DNA from: Podarcis pityusensis
Lineage: Eukaryota
Assembly (NCBI GenBank): GCA_964106645.2
Contig: OZ067039.1
Length of the DNA stretch: 64,000 bases
Strand: one strand, 5' to 3'
Made by a program: the position numbers and the translations under genes. Below the pieces are notes generated by a model, which searched no databases, was not told the origin of the DNA, and saw only the letters and a program-made list of their open reading frames with translations. The stretch's first letter is position 1. Each line of letters begins with the position of its first letter. This document shows, piece by piece, positions 9,535 through 26,800 of this stretch.

Positions 9535-12303
9535 GTACTGTATTGTGCTGAGCAGGGCTTTTGTATGTTTCCAGATTCACATTGAGGTAGCACCTGGCCT
9601 TGTGCTACACTGAGGGACCTGCCACTCAGAAAAATGAACACATCTGCATGTATTTCTCTGACTTAAAAAGTGTGTGGAAGGGGACTACAACAGAAGAACA
9701 TTCAGTTTTGAGTGGCAGTTTTTCTACACAAAAAATTCTACCAGATTAGGCTAGGCAGTGGGCAGGGCTGCACATTAATGGCATTTATGTAATCCCCTGA
9801 AAGGATAGAGAACTTATCTCAAGAGTAACTGGTTAATGCCAGAATGTAGGCCAGGTATGTTCAATATGACATTTTGAATGTATGCAAATATGTACAAATG
9901 TTTACATATATATAGCATACTTTGGAGGAAGCGGGAGGTGGTAACATTTCTAATTTGCAGAAATGGGGAATCAAATGCTTTGACTACACAATTGAGGATG
10001 TATGATTTAAAGGGATGTATAGAATGTTGGTTGTTTCCTGGTTGGGAGCAATAGGCTGAGTACAAACGATTATAGCTTCTTAAGCCACAATATGAGCCTC
10101 GTGGCTTTGCATACAGCTGCATTGTTCTTTCCCTTATGCAAACTGGAAAGCAAGCCACAAAGTCTTCACTTAACTATCGCTTCCCTTCTTTGTCTTAACC
10201 ATGAAAGCTTGGTTAACAGCTTGGGGGAAAGCCAGGTTAAGAACCCAACTTTAATCATGGCTTTATGCAATGGCTTGGTTTGAAACCATTAACCACAGTT
10301 TTCTAATGTACACCTAACATCAAACTCGTTTAATTGAATACTTCCTAGCTGGTTCACTCACTTGTGCAAAGGGAAGAGTGGAGTGCTGTGTGTAGGCAGC
10401 CTTGAGGCTCATTCATATCTTGGCCTGTTGAGCTATGATTTCCTTGTGATAGTTAGGACTTTCTTAAACATTACTGGAAAAATAACTTGCAATTTGTACA
10501 CTGCAAGTCACTGCAGTAAGCAGTAGTAATGTCTGGAACGGAGATGAATATCTGAAAACACATGGCAAGTACTTGCCTATGAGCGGCAAAGGTTCCCCAT
10601 GGCTCTTCCCCATGCATAAAAGTCACCACTTGTGGACCATTTGTGGACAAATAGGACCTTTTCTTTCCTAGAATGTGTGGAAAAGCTTTAGATCAAGACT
10701 TGGCACAGCCACATACCCTTTCATAGAGATGCAAAATTTGTAGAAATAACTACAAGTGGGGTCCCATTTTTTTCATGCTAAAGAACAGGAATATCTGTTA
10801 CGTTTATCATTAAAGAAAGTATTTTTTACTGATTTATAAAGTTTGCCTTGAATGCTAGTTTATTCTTAAGAATGAGGTTAACTTAAAAGTCCCTGTAGGG
10901 AGAAAATGCATATTTTTCTAAAATGCACATTTGTATCCTAAAATATAAATGGCTTATTTGGTGAGGCTTTTTATTAGGTTTTCTTTTTGTACAGGTCTTG
11001 TTGAACGTCAGTTTGTGCAGTTCAATGGAGGATTCAGTCAAGAACAGCTGGATTGGCTTGATGAAGTCCTTACATATGCTGACAAAAATCAAGAAAGAGT
11101 TGTAATTATGGGTAAGACTTTTTTGTTTTTCACTTTTTAAGGCACAGCAACTGTAGTAGAATATCACAGTATATCTCATGAAATTCTGCTTTTTACAATT
11201 CTGACAAGCCATTTCTCAAGCCTGAGTCACATCCCAAAACTGGCCTTTGGAGCGAACTCTGTTCACGTCACAGTGGTCTGATTCTGCCATTATGTGGGCT
11301 ATATCCATTTTCAGGGTAGGTTGAGGTCTACAGGAATAGCTACGGCATGCAAATTAAAAATGGATCGTGTGTGCTTAGCCACACGGTCCTCTGCAAAACA
11401 AACTGAACTTGGTACACAGTCAGGTCCAATTTATGAACTTGCAAATCATCGTCCCTTAAGGAGAGGGTGTAAATCAGAGGTTATGGAAGGAATGGTGCTG
11501 GGTGTTGGTAAACAGTATAGGGAAATCAGGTTCCTTTGGAGTTCCTGGAACACAAGCAGTAGAACACTTCTTAGAAAAAAGCGCCTTATGAGAGGGTTGC
11601 TCGGACATTAGAACTAGAGGCAAAAGACTGAGGGTTTCCTTCATCTCATTCTACTGCTTTAGCTGACATATGCTAAAAGTTAGGGTAGTGGGTTTTGATC
11701 ACAATGCTTCATTCTTCATAAAGTATACTCTGACAACCAGAAGATTAAAGGCCAGTGAGAGGTTGCACACCAGGAAGAACATCACAGGAAGGGATACACC
11801 AGACTGGCTCTATCCCCTAGGGAAGCAGCAGCCGTGGGGAGTTTGCTTCCCGCTTTGTGCCAGAGGGAATACTCCGTTCCAACTGATAGTTGCCCTGGGA
11901 TTGAAGAGAAGTGCATTGTGGCCTCATCTAATTGACCAGAGGACCAAGCACTGCTAGGCCGTGTGTGGGTTTTGCAATTTGTTTTAAGCTGCTTTTAGAA
12001 CCACTCAGTTGAACACCTGAATATAAATCTTCTAAAAAAACAAAAACAAAGCTCATGTCACCTTGCAAACCCATGACAGAGAGAATCAGGCCTCCAGTTT
12101 GGCTTACGTTTTATTTTTTCAAGCCCTGAAGTGTGTCTGAGCTGTTTTCTCAAAAAAGAAATACAGGATAGTAGGAAAATGTGGACTAGTTACTCCTGTT
12201 TCTCCCAGCTCCACATCTCTACAGGGATGTCTAAATAACTAGAGATACAGTATAAGTATTATTCAAAGTATAATGTACTCTTTGTGTATGAATCAAAGTG
12301 GGG

Positions 12304-12344
<41 letters not shown>

Positions 12345-13099
12345 TGCTTTATTTTAGATACATTTATTATAGTTAAATTTATTCAGTTTCAGTTTGTGCA
12401 AGTAACGCTTTCCTAAGTATTCATAATGTGTCACATGTATTATTTCAGTACCTTTACAACTACCCCGTAAAGAAGGGCTAGTTAACGCTGTGAACTTCTG
12501 GAAGGTGTTGGACCACAATTGGTGCTCAAACATAAGAAATTGTAATTTTCTACTTGCTACTCAGTGATCTCATCATGATTGGTCTATCATGTGAATCAAG
12601 GACCTTCAGCTCATAACATTTGTTAATAACAATTTTGCTTAAAAATGACTTCAGGTGCCTGTCTAATTGTGAACTTGCAGAGAATACTACCAGTATATAG
12701 CCATTTTCAGCAGCTTTAGCATTTGGAGAGCCGTGTTAACAACTGTGAAATTTCATCTGTTTTGACTGCCTCTCTTCCTCCGCTGCAGGGCACATACCCA
12801 TCCACCCCAATTCTACAAGCGATGTCGCCCTGGCTTGGAATTATAAAGATGCCCTTTCTGTCATCCACTCGCATCACTCTGTGGTGTGCTATCTTGCAGG
12901 CCACCTTCATTTTGGTGGATACTGTTTAGACTCTTATGGAGTTCACCATGTTACTCTTGATGGGATTATAGAAACTCCTCCAGAAAGCCATGCTTTTGGA
13001 ATTATACATGTCTATCATGACAGGATGGTATTAGAAGGAAGAGGAAGGATTCTAGATCGAGTGATGCATTACAAAGGTTATCAGACTTTTCACAGATGA
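8910..13099 (+). CDS. ADPRM: Mn-dependent ADP-ribose/CDP-alcohol diphosphatase, 350 aa; coding exons 8910-9534, 10995-11111, 12789-13099
   Basis: Metallophosphoesterase motifs ADIQY, GDIIDG, GNHE, GHIP and GHLH; phase-1 GT-AG introns; 1053-nt CDS; neighbour of SCO1 as in other vertebrates. Confidence 0.96.
10995..11111 (+). CDS. ADPRM: ADPRM coding exon 2, 117 nt
   Basis: [21 protein letters not shown]; acag acceptor, gtaaga donor. Confidence 0.95.
12306..12339. repeat. (CA)n microsatellite
   Basis: Perfect CA run in an ADPRM intron. Confidence 0.95.
12789..13099 (+). CDS. ADPRM: ADPRM last coding exon
   Basis: GHIPIHP...YLAGHLH...; TGA ending at 13099. Confidence 0.95.
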
Positions 13100-13416
13100 T
13101 TGTATTAGGTCTGATTACTATTTAATGCATTGTGCACTATACTGGAGTAACTATTTGCCTGAAGCTCATTTGAGCCCACGGATTGGCATGTTCAACTTGA
13201 AGTGTCAAGCAAACTAAATGTCTGCACTGCTTAGTGAGGCGTGGAAATGTAATCAATTACATTAGATTCAGTGTTGGGCATTTGTTCTATATATATTTTT
13301 CTTATTTTAGATTGTTGGTGTGTAAATAATTTAATACACCATGTATTTTTTTTTAGTTGAAAATTTATAAATATTTCTATAATTAGAAATGCATACATTT
13401 AAATTTGCAAACATAA

Positions 13417-13422
13417 AATAAA
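13417..13422 (+). terminator. Probable ADPRM polyadenylation signal (AATAAA)
   Basis: Canonical hexamer about 320 nt after the stop, with T-rich sequence downstream. Confidence 0.55.
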
Positions 13423-13468
13423 AATTAGTAGCTGGGCATCTTTTGTTTAAAATGTGAATAATTGCATA

Positions 13469-13474
13469 TTTATT
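13469..13474 (-). terminator. Probable TMEM220 polyadenylation signal (AATAAA on minus strand)
   Basis: tttatt on the + strand about 760 nt past the TMEM220 stop. Confidence 0.5.
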
Positions 13475-14236
13475 CAACTCTGATTATCATACCCTGTTTG
13501 AAGGCTGGACCAAAAGCAAGACTCATAATATTACAGATCATAGTATTTGCATTTCACTTTGCTAGTAGCTTCTAGCAAAGAAATTGATGGGTTATTATGC
13601 TCTCTCTTTACCTATATTGCCTTACTTGAGACACACTACAGCTTCTGCTTTCTGTCACATCTTTGTAGGACTGCAAGCTAATCATCAGGATATTGTAATG
13701 TGCTCTGCAGATATGTCCAAATGAGGTAGGTGGGGTGTGTGATAGTAAAATTCATACGCAAATCCAGACAGATTGCTCAGAGACCCAGTTGTTCTATTAC
13801 AAGTAGTTTTAATTACAGTCTGTAAAACATACAAACACTGCTGTCCCTTCAAGGCTGTTCTGCAGCTTCAGCTCCGCTGGTTTCAGCAGTACGTTCAAAT
13901 CACCTCTAGATTCCAGCTGCTTCCGCAGAAGCACCTATTTCATTTGATCCAATCCCTTGCAGGTACCAAGGGCCTATAGTTAATGCAGTCCTAACCCACG
14001 TGGCCTTATTGCAGATATATTCTTTCCTTGAAAATCTAGATCAGGATCCAGAAAATTCCACTCAAATTGTGCTCCAGCTTCCAGGATTCAAGAACATAAC
14101 AGACAATTTAAAACCAGACTCTCGAGGGAACAAACTGATCTCAGCCATGGCTGTGATCGCTGTTGATTTGGCACAACTGACAAATCAGAGCTGGGCAAAT
14201 AGGTGCTAGAACACAGATTCCTTCATTTCCACCTTC

Positions 14237-20357
<6,121 letters not shown>

Positions 20358-20577
20358 TGCTCGCTCGCGTGCCCGCCCCTCTCCCGCCCCACCAGCGGAG
20401 AGAGGCGCTCGATCGACCTCATACACGCCCCTTACAAAGCCCCCTCCCGCTCTTGTAGTCCTGCCATGCACCGCCCACGCCGCGCACTTCCGACGAAGCG
20501 GGCAGGGTCCTCGCCGAGCGCGGCCGCAACCGGGAGGCGGTGCAACGCAAAGCAGCTGCCAATCTCTGCTTCAGACC

Positions 20578-21253
20578 CAGTGCCGGATTTACGTATAAGC
20601 TAAACAAGCTATAGCTTAGGGCCCCACTCGCTTGGGCCCCCCAAAAAATTTAAATGGGGGGACTAGATGTACATTTCCAAAATATAAGTCCAACAATTAC
20701 TTTGATAAAATACATATTTTGTTATGTGCAAATGGTTTTAGATACCCATTAGGTTCATAAATTACCATACAGCATATATTCAACACAAAAAACAGCTACA
20801 ATTTGTTGTTGACAAAGGACAGCTGGACATATAAAGGGCCCCATTACATTCAGTAGCTTAAAGGTAAAGGGACCCCTGACTATTAGGTCCAGTCGTGCCC
20901 GACTCTGGGGTTGCGGCGCTCATCTTGCTTTATTGGCCGAGGGAGCCGGTGTACAGCTTCCGGGTCATGTGGCCAGCATGACTAAGCCGCTTCTGGCGAA
21001 CCAGAGCAGCGCACGGAAACGCCGTTTACCTTCCCGCCGGAGCGGTACCTATTTATCTACTTGCACTTTGACGTGCTTTCAAACTGCTAGGTTGGCAGGA
21101 GCAGGGACCGAGCAATAGGAGTTCACCCCGTCACGGGGATTCGAACCGCCAACCTTCTGATTGGCAAGTCCTAGACTCTGTGGTTTAACCCACAGCGCCA
21201 CCCATGTCCCTATTCAGTAGCTTAGGACCCCATCAAACCTAAATCTGGCCCTG
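20578..21253. mobile_element. Non-autonomous hAT DNA transposon hosting a Sauria SINE
   Basis: TIRs CAGTGCCGGATTTA and TAAATCTGGCCCTG; 8-bp TSD TTCAGACC/CTCAGACC. Confidence 0.8.
20861..21210 (-). mobile_element. Sauria SINE, full length
   Basis: Reverse complement of the family sequence; 13-bp TSD ATTCAGTAGCTTA at 20848-20860 and 21212-21224. Confidence 0.92.
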
Positions 21254-23039
21254 CTCAGACCAGTGTATTAACTGAAGACCCACTTGCTAGGACTTCAAAG
21301 CTGACCTGGTTGCACCTTCCTTTTCCAGGCAGCAGACCTTGCCCCTTAACTGCCAGAAGCCCGAAAAAGTCTCTCTGAAATCACTCCAGTAACAGTGGCA
21401 GTAGGGTCACCAACAAGGGGGATGTATGAAAAATATATGTTGCCATGTATAATTTACTGGAAGCTTCTCCCTTTTGAGAAAAACGGGTTTAAAACTGTTA
21501 TGAAATAAATATTTTCATACTGCTCCAGGCAGCTGTCAAGTGAGAACTGGGCACATCAGTTCTTGCACTGTGGACAGATTTATGCTGGCATGACCTTTCA
21601 TATACATGAAACCAATTAAATATGCTTCTTGAGGCTTTTATTTGCGTTTCCTTTCCTGGATTCCAGCTAATTGGGAAGTGTTGGCCAATTACACTGGAAA
21701 ATTATGCTGTGACCCTAAACACATACTGGTCCCAGGCTGAATGATACACAGCTATTTCTTCAGTGGAGCTTCCAGGCACATTGGAATAACCATATTTCTG
21801 GAAAATTACATATTAGAATCGGGCTGCAAACCTGTATTCATGTACTGGAGTTGCAAGCCCCAATGAACTCAACGGGTAGGCATGCATAATACTGCATTGC
21901 AAACAGGGCTTACATCCAAGTTAAAAGTTTAAGTACTATATGAGCTTTTAAATTCAAATTAATGGAAAATTGATAGGAAGAAGTAGGTACCATACAAGAT
22001 TTCACACTTGGGCTATGTCAGTATGAGGAGAAGCACCATAGGGAAGAGACAAAAGGGGCCACTGAGAACTTTGGGATCAGGTTTGATGAGTTTCAGCATG
22101 GTAATCTTAATTCTGCAAAGGTGGAAGAAAACAAACGAAGAACTACCTCTTATCTCATTGAATAAACATTGAATAAACATGGGAAGGATAAGATTTATTT
22201 GCAGAAAAAAGGAAATAGGATAATTCAGGATTTAATGGAAGTGCTTGGATTGGAACATAAGCATATGGGACAAATTATTTATTTAAATACAATTATATTC
22301 CACCTGTTTTTCAGAATAAAAAGGTTACCAAAAAACAAAACAAAAAAGATTGCTGTCCCTATTTTTCTTTTTTTAAAAATCCACATATGTTAGTATCAGG
22401 AAAGGCAGGTCATATGTGAACACAATTCTTGTTATTCCATGTGATTCTTCCATAAACGTCTTGTAGCTTTATTTGTGAACATATTCCAGAATGCTAAACC
22501 CACAAAGAAGATATGTGATTCATTTTATATAGAAATGTCTTTTCATTCAACATTGCATCATTTGAAAGAATCAGGAAGTAATTCTAAGCTATAATCTCAT
22601 TTGAGGTACTTAATCACATATTAATCACTATATTTCAAGATACAATGTTTTGTTATCTAGTTGCAAAAGATTCGGGAGAGTTATGGAAAAGATGTAAGTT
22701 GTTGGAATAAGTTGCTTGCTGCCGTGGCTCATTTACCAGGATAGGGGGAGGCGAGCAAATAGGTGTATAAAATTAAGCGCAGTAGAGAACGCTAAACTAG
22801 ACGGACCTTCCGTCTGATGCGGCAAGGCTCTCCTCATATGCGGAGAAAGAAGAGAGCGGGTTTCTCTCTCTCATAATACAGGTACTAAATCCATTAAATC
22901 TGAAAGATAGGAGGTTGGGGGGATGATGCAGGACAGACAATAGGAAGAATCTCTTCAGCCCGTTTAAAACCACCGAATTCGCTGTCACAACATGAGAGAG
23001 ATGGCCGCCAAACTGGGCTGCTTTAGAAAGGGGATTAGA

Positions 23040-23753
23040 CCAACAAGGCGGCCAATGGCTAACCTCTCGTCGCTATTGCCGCCAGTCATCTGAATGACCG
23101 GCTTCTGGTGCATCTGCGAGTCGGGGAGAACGGGGCTGTGGCGGCGGGGCATCAGCTTCGCCATTGTGGGAGGCGGCGGGTGCAGGACTAGCCGGATCCA
23201 GCTGGGTCTCTCCTCCTCGCGCCTTCTTTTCCTGCCTCCCTCCCTCTTCCTGCGTCTTTTTGGGCGAAGCCGTCGGAGGCATCATCCGTCCCGCCCGCTG
23301 CCTGGGAGGGGTTACCCTGATGCCGCGAGGGTGGGAGGGGACGAGCGGACGGCGGAGGCTGCAAGCGGAGCCCCAGTAGCGCCGAGAGAGAGAGAGAGGG
23401 AGGAGGAGGAGGAGAAGGAGGACGGCGACGACGACGACGACGACTGGCGGTGGTTTGGGTCGGTCGGGGCCAGGGAGGCTGGCGCCTGTTGTCGCGCGTC
23501 CCGGCTCCGGGTGTCCCGCCAGCTGCCTGCTGGGGCTGAAGGGAGCAGCGAGCGGGGCAGGGAGGAGCAGCAGCAGCAGCAGCAGCAGCAGCGCGCGGGC
23601 GAGGAGCCGAGGGCGGGCGCGCGGGACGGGCAAGGAGGGGGTCGGGTCCGCTGCTCCTCCGCTCCTGCTGCATTGCAGCCTCCCTCCTCCTGCCGTCCGT
23701 CCCCTTCTCCCTCCTTCCCTCCCTCCCTCCCTCCGCGTCTGGCGCGCTGCACA
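23040..23753 (+). promoter_or_regulatory. MAP2K4 CpG-island promoter and repeat-rich 5' leader
   Basis: CCAAT at about 23052; very high GC and CpG content from about 23040 to 24400; (GA)n, (GAC)6 and (CAG)8 tracts. Confidence 0.7.
23568..23591 (+). repeat. (CAG)8 in the MAP2K4 leader
   Basis: Read directly from the sequence. Confidence 0.9.
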
Positions 23754-23832
23754 ATGGCGGCTCCCGGCCCCGGCTCTGGCTCCGGCGGCGGCGGGTCCCA
23801 GGCGGCGCACACGACAGTCAGCAGCATGCAGG
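23754..23832 (+). CDS. MAP2K4: MAP2K4 coding exon 1
   Basis: acaATGG Kozak context; CAGG|gtaagg donor. Confidence 0.92.
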
Positions 23833-26800
23833 GTAAGGGAAGCGCGCCTGGGGAGGAGCGGCGGCGGCGGCGGCAGCCGGGCCCGAAGCGACGCCCGCGG
23901 AGCCTGCTGTAGGCCGCGCGGCGCTTCGCTCCCTTCCAACCCTCGCCGCCCACCACACGCTCCCCGCCTGGCTGGCTGGCTGCGGGGACGGGAGGGGGCG
24001 CCCGAGCTGGACCAGGCCTCGCCGGAGACCGAGAGGCCTCGGCCGCCTGGAGTTCTCCAGCGAAGCCGAGAAGAGCCACTTTCCCGTGTGGGGCTCCGCT
24101 GGGTGGGAGGGGGGTGTGGTGTGTAGGGAGGGAGGGAGACGAGGAAAGCGGGGCGGCGGCGGGGAAGCTGCGTGTGTGTGAACAGGCGCTTCCGGGCGGC
24201 AACACGGGTAGGGGTGCAGTTGGGGGTGGCGGCTATACGTGTGCATAGATGTACGTGTGAGGGGAAACTCGGGGCCTTCTACCTCTGCCCGGGGCATGTG
24301 GGCGGTTTCCGGGTGATGGGAGTAGCCACGGTTCGGGGACTCATCCCGGGGTGTAAGCCTGGGGAGGGTGTGGGGAGCCTAATCGCCAGGGCGTGATCAC
24401 TACTGGGAAAACAGAATTAATAAGCAAAAAATACGAGGCTGACGTCTGGCTGACTAACGAAGGTATGTGTCGGAAGAACGCATGCGTTAAGGTCGGGGGT
24501 AGAGGTAGCATGTCCATGTTGCTCATGTCTGCTCAGAAGTAAGTCCTGTTGAGTTCAAGGGGATTTACTTTCCGGTCCGTGTGTACAGGATTGCAGCCTA
24601 ATTGCCCTTGGGGTGGGGTGGGGGGTGTAGGGGTAAACAAAAACTAAGTCTGTGTAGGCCCCATAGATTTAAAGCACCTCTCTAAGAGTCCTGAGAACCT
24701 TATAATTTAACCCCCACAGAGCTACAGTTCCCAGCACCTTTACGGATTACAGTCCCCATAAATTGGTGGCGTGTTTGTGTATGCTTTAAATGTATGTGTC
24801 TGGAGTCCATAAGTGGTTTTTCTGTAGGCATGCAGGGGGAAAGTGGTCTTGTGTGTTTTTTAGGAGTGCAATATGTAGGTAGATTAGATGTGAGGCCTTT
24901 CTGACATTGAAGTTAGGCGGTGGTTTTGGTTGAATGGGGAATGCATAACAGTGAGTGCTTCTCTACTCGAATAAAGGGAGTACTGTATCAGATTATTAGT
25001 AGGTGTGCTTGTAAATAAGGAGGATGCAGAGTGCATGAATGTGAGATGTGGATGGAAAGTGCAAGGTCCTTTTCTCAGCGTCGTTGCATATTGAGCAAGT
25101 GTTTTTGAGAAACAGATGTTGGCTTACCACCCCATAATTCTGATTATGCCCATAAGAAACCTCTCTGTGTACCTACTAAATTTTTGGAGAGGGGACACTT
25201 TGATACCTATGTATATTTAACAAAATAAAGCTGAAAGTATATCTTAATATTTACAATGTAAACTCAACACTGTTTTCCTAACAACTCCATTTAATACATC
25301 GAAGCTAAAATTAGTGGTATTTCCAGTGAAATGAGTATAGGATTAGGTTTGTACTGTTGAAATAATGAATGGTGCTGTGTGACACCAGTGATGCTGTTTT
25401 AACACTTAATAATCAGTTCTCTCCTCCCACAAATGTGTATGATCACTCACTGCAGTATCTTGGGACACGGTGTTCTCAGGATTGGCATATAGCTTTCGAA
25501 CCAGCTAACCTGGAAAGCCTGTTACGTCCTGCAATGTACAGGATTTTGGACATAACTGATAGCAATTGAAGGGACTCTCTAGTAGGAGGACTGTGAAAGA
25601 CATCTGGAGAGCTGCTGCCAGTCAAAGTAGACAATACACAGAGGGACTGGTGGTCTGACTCAGTACAAGGCATCATCACCTGCTCATTATATGCTAGGAA
25701 GCTGCCCTTGCCACTTTTCAGCACCAGCCTATGTACATGCAGCAAAATGCTCATGTTCGCAATTGTCAAATACCTGTATGTTGTTTGCCTTCTATTTCAT
25801 GTATAGAAGTGCTTCCCATATAGGGATTTTGTTGTGTTTGAAGTATCCTTCATAGATACATACAAACACCAGACTAGTAAATGTTGCTGAGCTTTACTGC
25901 TGAGTTGGCACTGGACACTAACCACCACCTTTTTTGGGTGTGTGTTACAAAGTGTTCAAGGTCAGTATCTGAGAAACTACATATATATTGTTATATATAA
26001 CTGCAAAGCTATGTAGACTTCTCTCTTAAGCTGCATTAGATGGAGTAAAGTACAAGTATAGGGAGGTGTTTGCTTTTTATTTACACTCCAAGTGCTCTTG
26101 ATTAGGTAATTATATGAGAGGCAGATTGTTCATTGTACAACTCTGATGGTCCTGTAAGCATCTCACAATTTTGTTGCAATATATTATTTTGTTGTTTAGC
26201 ACCTGGAAGTGCAGTACCACACTCACTGAGTTTCTGTGGGTAACAAGAAAAATGTTTGCCAGATGCTGCTGGCATGTTTGGCCTAATACTTGGTTAGATC
26301 CTCAAGCAATTAGATCCTTAATAGCTCTTGTAGCAAGAGACTCCCCTTATTGGGCTGTTTCTTGTTTGCTTAGTGTTTTAGTTTGGGATCTCAAGAGTGT
26401 TGATTGGTATATAGCAGGTTATTTGGCTTTTCCTTTCCTTTTGTTTTTAGGCCGTTAAATACTCCTAGTATTATTCCCAATTAACATTCTGTGTTAACAT
26501 GGGAAGGATAGGAACACACTCCATACTCTTGTAGTAGAAACGGTACTATGAGCACCTAGGAGTTAACTCTCAATAATACCCATGCATTTGGGTGCTCAAG
26601 TAAACCAGTATGTTATGATATTTGAATTTTGATTACTCACCTGGGTAGTCTTGCGGTAAAGAGTGTTTGTTCCTCTGCATATTGGAAAACAGCCCACATT
26701 GAAAGGCAGGACTTCAGGCTGGTTCCCACATTATGGTGTTAAGTAAGGGAAATGGCTTTCGAACCACTCTTTTGCCTAAAATATGCAGGATATCTATTTT

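Noticed and set aside
23073-24297. Long antisense and overlapping ORFs (288, 297, 223 and 188 aa) over MAP2K4 exon 1
   Set aside because: Low-complexity translations of a CpG island that is poor in stop codons; no recognisable domains
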